Assembly (NCBI RefSeq): GCF_002898515.1
Contig: NZ_PPFX01000035.1
Location: 12,974-36,973 of the forward strand
Source of the DNA: Geothermobacter hydrogeniphilus
GTDB lineage: Bacteria; Desulfobacterota; Desulfuromonadia; Desulfuromonadales; Geothermobacteraceae
Length of the DNA stretch: 24,000 nucleotides
Direction: 5' to 3'
Positions 8,453-16,076 of this stretch are shown here, one piece after another (position 1 is the stretch's first letter; each line of letters begins with the position of its first letter). Under the pieces are notes generated by a model that did no database searches, was not told where the DNA came from, and saw only the letters and a program-made list of their open reading frames with translations. Both the position numbers and the translations under genes were made by a program.

Positions 8453-10797
8453 GACTCCCCCTTCCCGTCCAGGGCGGCGGCACGCAGGGCATGCCGCGGA
8501 CATTCGGCGGCACAGATACCGCACCCCTTGCACTGTTCCTCGTCGATGGCATACCGGGCACCATCCCGGCAGATAATCCCTTCCGGGCAATAAATCAGGC
8601 AGGTATCGCAACCGGTGCAGTGACCGCAGGAAAGACAGCGTTCAGCTTCGGAGGCATCAGGCAGACCCTGGTTGACCTCGCGACACTCCTGAAGCCGTCG
8701 TTCGACGGCCAGATGACGGTCAGCCGTCGGCGGGCGCGAAGCAAAATAGTCGAAACGGATCTCTTCGGCGGAAACGGCGGGAGACGAGGGCGGATCGATT
8801 TCCGACAGGGCTGCCGCCGGCCCTCCGGCCAACATGCGCAGCGCCGTGCGCCGGCCGTCACCGATGGCATGGGTCACGGTACCGGCGCCGGTCGAGAGGT
8901 CTCCGCAGGCATAGACCGGCAGCGGATCACCGGCCCGCTCAAAGCGGCCGTCACGAATCTGCCAATGGTCGGGCACCAGTTTCAAATCCGCCGATTGCCC
9001 GAGGCAGAGCAGCACATGGTCACAACGGATACGACTGCTGCGGTCGCTGACGATCGGACGGCAACGGCCATCGGCCTCGACCGGACCGAGATCAACCTCG
9101 GCCAATTCAACAGCTTCGACCCGGCCATCGCCGAGATAGGCGCGCGGCTGGCAGAAAAGCTGCAGTTCGACACCTTCTTCCAGTGCCTCCTCGACTTCAC
9201 CGGCGATGGCCGGCATCTCTTCCCGCCCGCGACGGTAAACAAGAGAGACCCGCCGGGCACCGTTGCGCAGCGCGGTACGGGCGGCATCAATGGCCGAGTT
9301 GCCGCCACCGATCACCAGCACATGACCTTCGAGGCGGACATTCCCTCCCTGCTTCGCCCGCCGCAGGTAATCGAGCCCCTGCTCGACACCTTCAAGATCC
9401 TCACCGGGACAGGCGGCGGATCGCCGGCAGTCCAACCCGGTCGCCAGCAGCAGACCGTCATGATTTTCCAGCAGGCGTTCAAGAGCGAAGGTATCCAACG
9501 TGTAGCCCGGTTGCACCTCAACACCGAGCAAAAGAATGCGAACGATATCCCGATCGAGATCCTCCGGCGGCAACCGGTAGCCGGGGATACCGCTGCGCAG
9601 CAGTCCGCCCAGTTCTCGGTCGCGTTCGTAGATGGTCACCCAGTGACCTTCGAGAGCGAGAGTGTAAGCCGCGCTCAAACCCGCCGGACCGCTGCCGACC
9701 ACGGCGAAGGATTTTCTCTGCCCCTGCTGTTTCGGCTGCAGCAGCAGATCCTGCTGGTGATCACCGATCCAACGTTCGAGACCACGGATATTGACCGCGC
9801 CGTCATAACCATCACGGTTGCAACGGCTCATACAGGGAGCGGGACAGACCCGGCCGCAGACCGACGGCAGCGGCTGGGTCTGCTGCAGGATGCGGGCGGC
9901 AGCTTCAACCCCGTCGTTTTTCAGCGCCTGGATGAAGCCGACCACGTCGTTGCCGGCCGGGCAACCGACATTGCAGGGCGCCGGGCGTTCCTCGTAAATG
10001 ACTTTCTGGGTCCGCCAGGAACCGGTCTTGAGCGGCATCGGCAGATCGACAAACTGTTCGGTCAGCGGCGTGACGCGACCGCTCTGCCGCATGACAACCG
10101 GCTCGGCATGCTCCTTCCGGCAAAAGGTTTCGCGGATTTCAACCGTGCGGAAGGCTTCCTGCGCCGCGTCCAGGTCAGCCTCGAGCCCGAGGTCCCGGTA
10201 GGCCTGCTCCACGTCAACCATTTTCAGCCCGATGAAACGGGCATAGGCGCCGATCATGGTGGTATTGACGATGACCACCGAGCGGGTGCCGATCTTGTGC
10301 CTGCGAGCAATCGCCGTGGCATCGACGACTGCCACCCGGTACTCGGCAAAGAGGGGGTCAAGCCCCGTCAGTCCGCAACCACTGTTGAGCAGCACCAATC
10401 CGCCCGGGTCCAGGCCGTCGAGCAGCTCAGCATTGACCAGCCCGTCATCGAGAATCAGCAGTTGGTCCGGTCGGTAGACCTTGTTGCGGTTGCGCACCGG
10501 TTTCGCACTGACCCGGGTGTAGGCCCGCACCGGGGCACCGGAACGCTCGGAGGCATAATCACCGAAAGTCTGGACATAACGATTCTGTCCGGCGAACAGA
10601 GCGGCGATCAACTTGGCGCAGGTCACACCCCCCTGCCCGCCGCGACCGTGGACACGGATTTCAAGTTCTGCCGGAACGGCGGCAGCGGCCTGGCGGTCGG
10701 CAGGCCCTTCCCCGACAGCGGCCGGGGAGATATGGGACGGCGGAGAGATGTCGCGGGCAATGCGACTGATTGGCGATTGCGGACTGGATTGACCCAT
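8437..10797 (-). CDS. Fusion protein: OFOR gamma domain + GltD-like Fe-S/FAD/NAD(P) oxidoreductase + OFOR delta-type 2x[4Fe-4S] ferredoxin
   Basis: N-terminus: IRVHGRGGQGGVTCAKLIA...GDYASERSGAP (POR gamma). Middle: CNVGCPAGNDV...PLPSVCGRVCPAPC (GltD Fe-S region), VVGSGPAGLSAA (FAD GxGxxG) and VIGGGNSAIDAA (NAD(P) GxGxxA). C-terminus: CTGCDTCLIYCP and CKGCGICAAECP. I prefer the start at ATG 10795-10797 (AAGGA 8 nt upstream), because the sigma54 promoter lies inside the longer 10893 version. Confidence 0.85.
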   Translation of the reverse strand: MGQSSPQSPISRIARDISPPSHISPAAVGEGPADRQAAAAVPAELEIRVHGRGGQGGVTCAKLIAALFAGQNRYVQTFGDYASERSGAPVRAYTRVSAKPVRNRNKVYRPDQLLILDDGLVNAELLDGLDPGGLVLLNSGCGLTGLDPLFAEYRVAVVDATAIARRHKIGTRSVVIVNTTMIGAYARFIGLKMVDVEQAYRDLGLEADLDAAQEAFRTVEIRETFCRKEHAEPVVMRQSGRVTPLTEQFVDLPMPLKTGSWRTQKVIYEERPAPCNVGCPAGNDVVGFIQALKNDGVEAAARILQQTQPLPSVCGRVCPAPCMSRCNRDGYDGAVNIRGLERWIGDHQQDLLLQPKQQGQRKSFAVVGSGPAGLSAAYTLALEGHWVTIYERDRELGGLLRSGIPGYRLPPEDLDRDIVRILLLGVEVQPGYTLDTFALERLLENHDGLLLATGLDCRRSAACPGEDLEGVEQGLDYLRRAKQGGNVRLEGHVLVIGGGNSAIDAARTALRNGARRVSLVYRRGREEMPAIAGEVEEALEEGVELQLFCQPRAYLGDGRVEAVELAEVDLGPVEADGRCRPIVSDRSSRIRCDHVLLCLGQSADLKLVPDHWQIRDGRFERAGDPLPVYACGDLSTGAGTVTHAIGDGRRTALRMLAGGPAAALSEIDPPSSPAVSAEEIRFDYFASRPPTADRHLAVERRLQECREVNQGLPDASEAERCLSCGHCTGCDTCLIYCPEGIICRDGARYAIDEEQCKGCGICAAECPRHALRAAALDGKGESCAAN

Positions 10798-10855
10798 GGC
10801 TCTGATCCTTGGTGGTGGAATATGGCCGACACCGGGGCGGCCAATCCCTGTCAAG

Positions 10856-10871
10856 AGCAAGCGGCCTGCCA
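10856..10871 (-). promoter_or_regulatory. Sigma54 (-24/-12) promoter of the oxidoreductase operon
   Basis: Minus strand reads cTGGCAGgccgcTTGCTc. It has the exact GG-N10-GC spacing of the TGGCAC-N5-TTGCW consensus. It lies about 60 nt upstream of ATG 10797. Confidence 0.65.
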
Positions 10872-11032
10872 GAACCGGATGAATCTCCCGCAATTTTATA
10901 ATTTTGTTCTATTTTCCTCCTGAATGAATGCAACCAATTGAATTCACGTAGATATATCTGGAGGAAAAACCCATTGAACCGGGCTTGAAGGCTGCCGGGG
11001 GAGGACGGAACCACACATCTTGATCGGCCCTG

Positions 11033-11050
11033 TGGAAACCGGGGATTCCA
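11033..11050. promoter_or_regulatory. Candidate enhancer (UAS) box 1: TGGAA-N8-TTCCA
   Basis: TGGAAACCGGGGATTCCA, about 165 bp upstream of the -24/-12 element. Confidence 0.5.
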
Positions 11051-11102
11051 AAATTTGAGACGGAGAGAGTCAAACGGCTGAAAGCAGGGGCTGAAGAGAG
11101 AT

Positions 11103-11120
11103 TGGAACCGATCGCTTCCG
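11103..11120. promoter_or_regulatory. Candidate enhancer (UAS) box 2: TGGAA-N8-TTCCg
   Basis: TGGAACCGATCGCTTCCG. Its centre is 19 bp from that of box 3. Confidence 0.45.
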
Positions 11121-11121
11121 C

Positions 11122-11139
11122 TGGAAACTTTTAATTCCA
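11122..11139. promoter_or_regulatory. Candidate enhancer (UAS) box 3: TGGAA-N8-TTCCA
   Basis: TGGAAACTTTTAATTCCA. Confidence 0.5.
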
Positions 11140-11178
11140 GAAAAGCATGGGAATCGCGGGAGAATGCCCGAGGATTCC
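11139..11178 (-). terminator. Possible intrinsic terminator after the sigma54 activator gene
   Basis: Interrupted stem GGAATC-g-CGGG (11150-11160) / CCCG-ag-GATTCC (11167-11178). On the minus strand it is followed by CATGCTTTTCTGG. Confidence 0.3.
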
Positions 11179-11232
11179 ATAATCCCTATGGCTCTATGTC
11201 TCCTCCATGGCATCCTGCCGCCTTGTCGGGCG

Positions 11233-12798
11233 TCATCCCATCCCGTACTTTTTCAGCTTTTTCAGCAGCCCGGTATGTGACAGCCCCAGCATTTTCGCCG
11301 CCTGGCGTTTGCTCGGTGCCAGTTGCAACGCCTCGGCGATCACCCGTCGTTCCAGTTGTTCGACCTGCCCGGCCAGAGATGTGCCGCCGGCTGCTGCCGC
11401 GACACCATCCGGTCGGCTGATCTCAAAACTGAAACGAATACTCTCGGCATCGATCTCCTCGCGACCGCTGAGTATCGCCGCCCGTTCGATGACGTTACGC
11501 AATTCGCGCACGTTGCCCGGCCAGTGATGACTCCTGAGCTTGGCCAGCGCCCCCGCGGTCAACTGCCGGGCACGCAGACCGAGACGAGCATTGACCTGGA
11601 AGAGAAAATGCCCGGCGAGCAGCGGGATGTCCTCAAGACGTTCGCGCAGAGGCGGGATATGCAGTGGAAAAAGGTTGACCCGGTAGTAGAGGTCTTCACG
11701 AAAACGGCCTTGCCTGACCAGCTGTTCGAGGTCACGGTTGGTGGCGGTGACCACCCGGGCGTTGACGGTAATCTCCTCGTTGCTGCCGATGCGTCGCAGC
11801 TTGCCGTCCTGGATCACCCTCAGCATTTTCGCCTGCAGGGCCGCCGGCATTTCGGCGATCTCATCGAGAAAGATGGTACCACTTTTCGCCGTCTCGAACA
11901 GTCCCGCGCGACCCTCCTTTTTTGCCCCCGAGAAAGCTCCGCCGACATAACCGAACAGTTCACTCTCCAGCAGGTTCTCCGGCAGGGCGGCGCAGTTGAC
12001 CGGGACAAACGGACCACGGCAGCCGCTGGCCACATGAATGGCGCTGGCAAACAGCTCCTTGCCGGTGCCGCTCTCACCGCGAATCGAGACGATGCCGTCA
12101 GTCGGCGCGACCTTCTCGGCGAAGGCGATCGCCTGCCGCAACGCTGGACTCTGGCCGACCATGTCATCAAAGGTCACCTGCGGTTCACCGGCCACCGCGC
12201 TGGCGACCTCGTGCAGACCCTTGATATCCCGCAGGACTTCGACCGCTCCGACGATGCGTCCTTTCGAGTCGCGAATCACCTGGCTGCTGGCCAAAAACCG
12301 GGCGCGGCGATTGCCGTGGGAAATGCTGCGCTTGACGTTGTGATAGGTCCGGCCGTCAAGACAGGAGAGCAGACTGGTGTCGGGAAAATCGAGATCCCGC
12401 AAGTTGCGGCCGACCAGCTCCCGGTCGGTGAGCCCGAGCATGCCGCGGGCCACCCGGTTGATGGTGGTCAGCTCTCCTTCCTCGTTGATCGACAGGATAC
12501 CGTCGCTGACACTGTCGAGGACCACCTTGAAACGTTTTTCCCGTCGTTCCTGCGGCATGGTACGGATCGAAACGACACTGAGAATATTGGGAATGGCCTC
12601 AAGGGAGGAGAGAATCGCCTCCTGGAGAGGCGATTGCGGACCGGTTTCGAGATCAAGATAGACGAAAGTCGCGCCGTCACGCTTCTCGACTTCCATGGCG
12701 AGAATGTTCAGGTCCTTGTCGGCCAGGACAACCGCGATCTGCGCCATCGCCCCGACCCGGTCGATGACCTGGAATTTCAGTTTTATATTGGCCGCCAT
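11233..12798 (-). CDS. Sigma54-dependent transcriptional activator, TyrR/PhhR-like architecture (ACT-PAS-AAA+-HTH)
   Basis: The N-terminus (VIDRVGAMAQIAVVLADKDLNILAMEVE...FVYLDLE...SIRTMPQERREK) parallels the E. coli TyrR ACT domain and its linker. PAS region: VLDSVSDGILSINEEG. AAA+ domain: GESGTGKE, ESELFGYVGGAFSGA (GAFTGA loop retained) and REDLYYRLN. C-terminal HTH: AAKMLGLSHTGLLKKLKKYG. Confidence 0.88.
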   Translation of the reverse strand: MAANIKLKFQVIDRVGAMAQIAVVLADKDLNILAMEVEKRDGATFVYLDLETGPQSPLQEAILSSLEAIPNILSVVSIRTMPQERREKRFKVVLDSVSDGILSINEEGELTTINRVARGMLGLTDRELVGRNLRDLDFPDTSLLSCLDGRTYHNVKRSISHGNRRARFLASSQVIRDSKGRIVGAVEVLRDIKGLHEVASAVAGEPQVTFDDMVGQSPALRQAIAFAEKVAPTDGIVSIRGESGTGKELFASAIHVASGCRGPFVPVNCAALPENLLESELFGYVGGAFSGAKKEGRAGLFETAKSGTIFLDEIAEMPAALQAKMLRVIQDGKLRRIGSNEEITVNARVVTATNRDLEQLVRQGRFREDLYYRVNLFPLHIPPLRERLEDIPLLAGHFLFQVNARLGLRARQLTAGALAKLRSHHWPGNVRELRNVIERAAILSGREEIDAESIRFSFEISRPDGVAAAAGGTSLAGQVEQLERRVIAEALQLAPSKRQAAKMLGLSHTGLLKKLKKYGMG

Positions 12799-12799
12799 G

Positions 12800-13390
12800 C
12801 TAGAAAATCAGCATCTCCTCGCGCGCATAGATCACCGCGAACAGGGTCGCCGGCCGGTCGCCATGGCAGGAAACGACATGCGGCAAGGTGGAATCATAGT
12901 AGATCGAATCGCCGGGATTGAGAATATCGGTGTGGCCGGAGAGGTTGACCTCGACCTGTCCTTCGAGAACGAACAGAATCTCCTCGCCAACATGCCGGTT
13001 CGGTTCCGGCTTGAAGCTCTCGTCGGGGGTGAGGGTTACCAGAAACGGTTCCATGTGACGGTTCTGTTTCTTGTAGCCGAGGGACTGGTAACTGTATCCG
13101 GCACTGGACCCGCCGCTGGAATCGAAACGGGTCACCATTTTACGGTCGTCACTACGGACAATGCAGAAGGGGGAATCGCCACTGTCACCGAACAGATCCC
13201 CGACGGAGACCTTGAGGACATTGGCCAGGCTGACGATATGCCCCAGGGGAGGTGTGACAGAACCCTCTTCAATCGCGTTCAGGGTGGTTTCCGGAAGATC
13301 GGTTTTCGCGGCGACATCGGCCATCGACATCCCCTGCCTGGTTCGCAGTTTCCTGATTTTCTCACCGATAGCGCCTTGTTGCTCAGACAT
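12800..13390 (-). CDS. XRE-family HTH transcriptional regulator with C-terminal cupin domain (copy 2)
   Basis: HTH (IGEKIRKLRTRQGMSMADVAAKTDLPETTLNAIEEG) and cupin (HVGEEILFVLEGQVEV...GDSIYYDSTLPH). Shares RHMEPF, GEE.L.VL.G and SIYYDS..PH with 5625..6200. The stop is 1 nt from the activator ATG. AAGGAGG RBS. Confidence 0.85.
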   Translation of the reverse strand: MSEQQGAIGEKIRKLRTRQGMSMADVAAKTDLPETTLNAIEEGSVTPPLGHIVSLANVLKVSVGDLFGDSGDSPFCIVRSDDRKMVTRFDSSGGSSAGYSYQSLGYKKQNRHMEPFLVTLTPDESFKPEPNRHVGEEILFVLEGQVEVNLSGHTDILNPGDSIYYDSTLPHVVSCHGDRPATLFAVIYAREEMLIF

Positions 13391-13453
13391 CGTTTGCCTC
13401 CTTGTGCAATGTTCCTGAGACCGTGAAGCACGGCCAGGGTTCAGGATTCCGGT

Positions 13454-14326
13454 TCAGGATGATACCGCCGTCTTGTCCATATCCAGATGAAGCACTTCCC
13501 GCAGGCGCCGGGCGATGGGACCGACCCGACCCTGGTTGATCATGAAGTCATCGACCTTGACCACCGGCATCACCTCCAGCGAGGTGGAGGTGATGAAGAC
13601 CTCGTCGGAAAATTTCAGGTCCTGCAGCCGGTATTCGCCGCGGATCACCCGCAGGTCAAGCTCTTCCTCGCACAGCCGGATGATGGTCGAGCGGGTCACT
13701 CCGGCGAGCAGCCCGGTCGCGACCGAGGGGGTAAAAACCCAGCGGTCCCGGGTCCAGAAAATGTTCGACGCCGCACCTTCGCAGATCTGCTCCCGGTTGT
13801 TGAGCATGACCACTTCAAAAGCGCCGGCGGCCCGGGCCTCCAGCTTGCCGAGCAGGCTGTTGAGATTGCTGATCGACTTGATCTTCGGATTGATCGCCTC
13901 CGGAGCGTTGCGACGGGTTTCGGCGACCCGCAGGACAATCCCGTCCCGGTAATGCGCTTCGTCGAACCCCTTGAACTCACGGGCGATGATCAGGCAGGTC
14001 AGATCCCCCGTCAATGCCCGCTGGAAACCGACCTGCCCCGGCCCGCGGGTGATGGTGATCCGGTAGTAGGCGTCGGTCAGCCGGTTGCGTCGGCGCAGTT
14101 CAAGCAGAATCTCTTCAAGCTGCGGGCGGCTGTAGGGGAGCTCATAACCCAGGGCTTCCGCGGACTGCTTGAGCCGCTGGTAATAGAGGGGGAACTGGTA
14201 GAGATGCGCCCCGATGGAACGGAAACTCTCGTAGATGCCGTCGCCGTAGAGAAATCCCTGGTCAAAAACCGAGATTTTCGCTCTGTCGCTGTCGACAAAC
14301 TGTCCGTTCAGGAATACCTGGCCCAT
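13454..14326 (-). CDS. Class IV (fold type IV) aminotransferase, branched-chain/D-amino-acid aminotransferase family
   Basis: Contains VFDQGFLYGDGIYESFR, ITITRGPG, AFEVVMLN, ICEGAASNIFW and LLAGVTRSTII. I chose ATG 14324-14326 (GAGGGG RBS). The track ORF begins at a TTG with a non-homologous 32-aa extension. Confidence 0.85.
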   Translation of the reverse strand: MGQVFLNGQFVDSDRAKISVFDQGFLYGDGIYESFRSIGAHLYQFPLYYQRLKQSAEALGYELPYSRPQLEEILLELRRRNRLTDAYYRITITRGPGQVGFQRALTGDLTCLIIAREFKGFDEAHYRDGIVLRVAETRRNAPEAINPKIKSISNLNSLLGKLEARAAGAFEVVMLNNREQICEGAASNIFWTRDRWVFTPSVATGLLAGVTRSTIIRLCEEELDLRVIRGEYRLQDLKFSDEVFITSTSLEVMPVVKVDDFMINQGRVGPIARRLREVLHLDMDKTAVSS

Positions 14327-14418
14327 GAGCCCCTCGCGAAAACGATAACTGGCGTGGATATCAAGTTCATTCCCGGGCGGGTCCGGAAAAATTCGTCGAA
14401 AATCATGGACAACCCGCC

Positions 14419-15234
14419 TCAATGCCCGCCGAACTCAGGCGGACGCTTTTCCAGAAAGGCATTGACCGCCTCGATGTGATCATCGGTCTGATGAGCCATG
14501 GCCTGGAACGTCGCGCAGAGATCGAGAAATTCCGGCAGAGCCATCGTCTGGCCGAGTTTCAGCAGCCGCTTGCTCAGCCGCAGCGCCTGCGGCGGCTGGG
14601 CGGCTATGCGGGCCGCCACCTCCCTGGCTCGCGGCAGCAGTTCCTGCTCATCGACCAGCTCAAGCAGCAGCCCCAGTTCCCGGGCCTCCTCCGCCTTGAT
14701 CAGCCGGCCGCTGAAAATCAGCTCGGCGGCCCGCTGGGCACCGACGATCCGCGGCAGGAACCAGGCGCCGCCGTCGCCGGGGACGATGCCGAGATTGAGA
14801 AAGGTCTCGCCGAGCAGGGATTTCGGCGTGCCGATACGCAGGTCGCACATGCAGGCGAGATCCATACCGGCCCCGATGGCCGGCCCGTTGACCGCGGCGA
14901 TGAGGGGAATCTCCGCTTTCTGCATCGCCAGCGGCAGCTGCTGAATACCACGCCGGTATTGATCCTGGATCTGCAGGGCCGAGCCGGAAAAGATCCCCTC
15001 GCGGTCGCGCATCTGCTTGATGTTGCCGCCGGCGGAGAAGGCCGACCCGGCACCGGTCAGAATCAGGACCGAAACCTCGGGGGTACGGTTGGCCCAGTCA
15101 AGGGTGGTCACGATATCCGTCACCAGGTCGGTGCCGGTCAGGGCATTGCGGACATCGTCGCGGGTGAAAGTCAATTCGGCGACGCGATCCCGCAGGGTCA
15201 GTCGCGCATCACTCAATTGCGGCAGTTCAATCAT
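14419..15234 (-). CDS. Enoyl-CoA hydratase/isomerase (crotonase) family protein
   Basis: Contains ILTGAGSAFSAGGNIK, IAAVNGPAIGAGMDLACMCDLRI and GIVPGDGGAWFLPRIVG. ATG at 15232-15234 with a GGAGAA RBS. Confidence 0.88.
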   Translation of the reverse strand: MIELPQLSDARLTLRDRVAELTFTRDDVRNALTGTDLVTDIVTTLDWANRTPEVSVLILTGAGSAFSAGGNIKQMRDREGIFSGSALQIQDQYRRGIQQLPLAMQKAEIPLIAAVNGPAIGAGMDLACMCDLRIGTPKSLLGETFLNLGIVPGDGGAWFLPRIVGAQRAAELIFSGRLIKAEEARELGLLLELVDEQELLPRAREVAARIAAQPPQALRLSKRLLKLGQTMALPEFLDLCATFQAMAHQTDDHIEAVNAFLEKRPPEFGGH

Positions 15235-15349
15235 CGGTCCATTCTCCGGGTCGAAAATTCGACGAATCCCAGCTTAGCAGAGTTGTTGCCCGGAGCCAAA
15301 TGGGCTATGGTAATTGTGGAGTTTACCCGTAGCCCATGGAGAATGAACA

Positions 15350-16054
15350 ATGCTGAATCAGAAACCGACCACCATCACCGCAACCCCGGCCGTCAGCTCC
15401 ACCACCAGCTTTCTGCCCTCGGTCTACGCCTGGATGACCGCCGGTCTGGCCCTGACCGCCCTGGCGGCCATGGTGACCCTGTCCAGCCAGGAACTGCTGA
15501 AGCTGATTTTCGGCAACAGAATGGTTTTTTATACCCTGATCTTCGGTGAACTGGGCCTGGTCATCGCCCTCTCCGCCGCCATCAACCGGATCAGTTCAAC
15601 AACGGCCACCCTGATGTTCCTGTTCTACTCGGCCCTCAGCGGGGTGACCTTCGCCTCGATTTTTCTGGTCTACACCAGCAGTTCCATCGCCAGCACCTTC
15701 TTCATCGCCTCCGGCACCTTCGCCGCCATGAGCATCTATGGCTACACCACTCGCCGCGACCTGACCGGCTGGGGGAGTTTCTTCTTCATGGGGCTGATCG
15801 GAGTTCTCATCGCCTCGGTGGTCAACATCTTCCTGCAGAGCACGATGATCTACTGGCTGGTCAGCTACATCGGCGTCTTCGTCTTCGTCGGCCTCACCGC
15901 CTACGACACCCAGAAGATCAAGCAGATCGGCGAGGCCGGTTTCGCCAACGAAGAGGGGCGCAAAAAGGCCGCCATCATCGGCGCGTTGCGGCTCTATCTC
16001 GACTTCATCAACCTGTTTTTGATGTTGCTGCGCATTCTCGGCAACCGCCGGTAA
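15350..16054 (+). CDS. BAX inhibitor-1/YccA family integral membrane protein
   Basis: Seven hydrophobic segments. Family motifs: FLPSVYAWMTAGL, FASIFLVYT, YGYTTRRDL, TAYDTQKIK and ALRLYLDFINLFLMLLRI. GGAGAA RBS. Confidence 0.85.
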   Translation: MLNQKPTTITATPAVSSTTSFLPSVYAWMTAGLALTALAAMVTLSSQELLKLIFGNRMVFYTLIFGELGLVIALSAAINRISSTTATLMFLFYSALSGVTFASIFLVYTSSSIASTFFIASGTFAAMSIYGYTTRRDLTGWGSFFFMGLIGVLIASVVNIFLQSTMIYWLVSYIGVFVFVGLTAYDTQKIKQIGEAGFANEEGRKKAAIIGALRLYLDFINLFLMLLRILGNRR

Positions 16055-16076
16055 ACAATCTCTTCCGCACCCCCCC

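Noticed and set aside
10798-10893. Longer N-terminal extension of the fusion protein (start at 10893). Analogous extensions of the rbr, perR, yqjG, OFOR alpha/beta, SBP and aminotransferase ORFs were treated the same way.
   Set aside because: The extensions have no homology and contain the sigma54 promoter (10856-10871) or other upstream elements. The internal ATGs have good Shine-Dalgarno sequences and give homologous N-termini.
8491-10923. 810-aa plus-strand ORF antisense to the fused oxidoreductase gene
   Set aside because: The reasoning is the same. It has no motifs, is low-complexity and Arg/Gly/Ala rich, and mirrors a well-supported minus-strand CDS.
11323-12921. 532-aa plus-strand ORF antisense to the sigma54 activator. 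I judged the similar long shadow ORFs the same way: 1140..1967, 7262..8593, 13487..14479, 14422..15549, 16830..17918, 18155..19240, 19635..20360, 20666..21526 and 21926..22936.
   Set aside because: All lie opposite genes with clear homology, lack RBSs and motifs, and show shadow-frame composition.
13438-13458. Direct repeat GGTTCAGG-attcc-GGTTCAGG at the aminotransferase stop, superficially like the GATTCAGG motif at 2.3-2.5 kb
   Set aside because: It is short, the second copy overlaps the coding end and stop codon, and there is no dyad partner. The similarity to the 2.4-kb repeats is only 6 nt.
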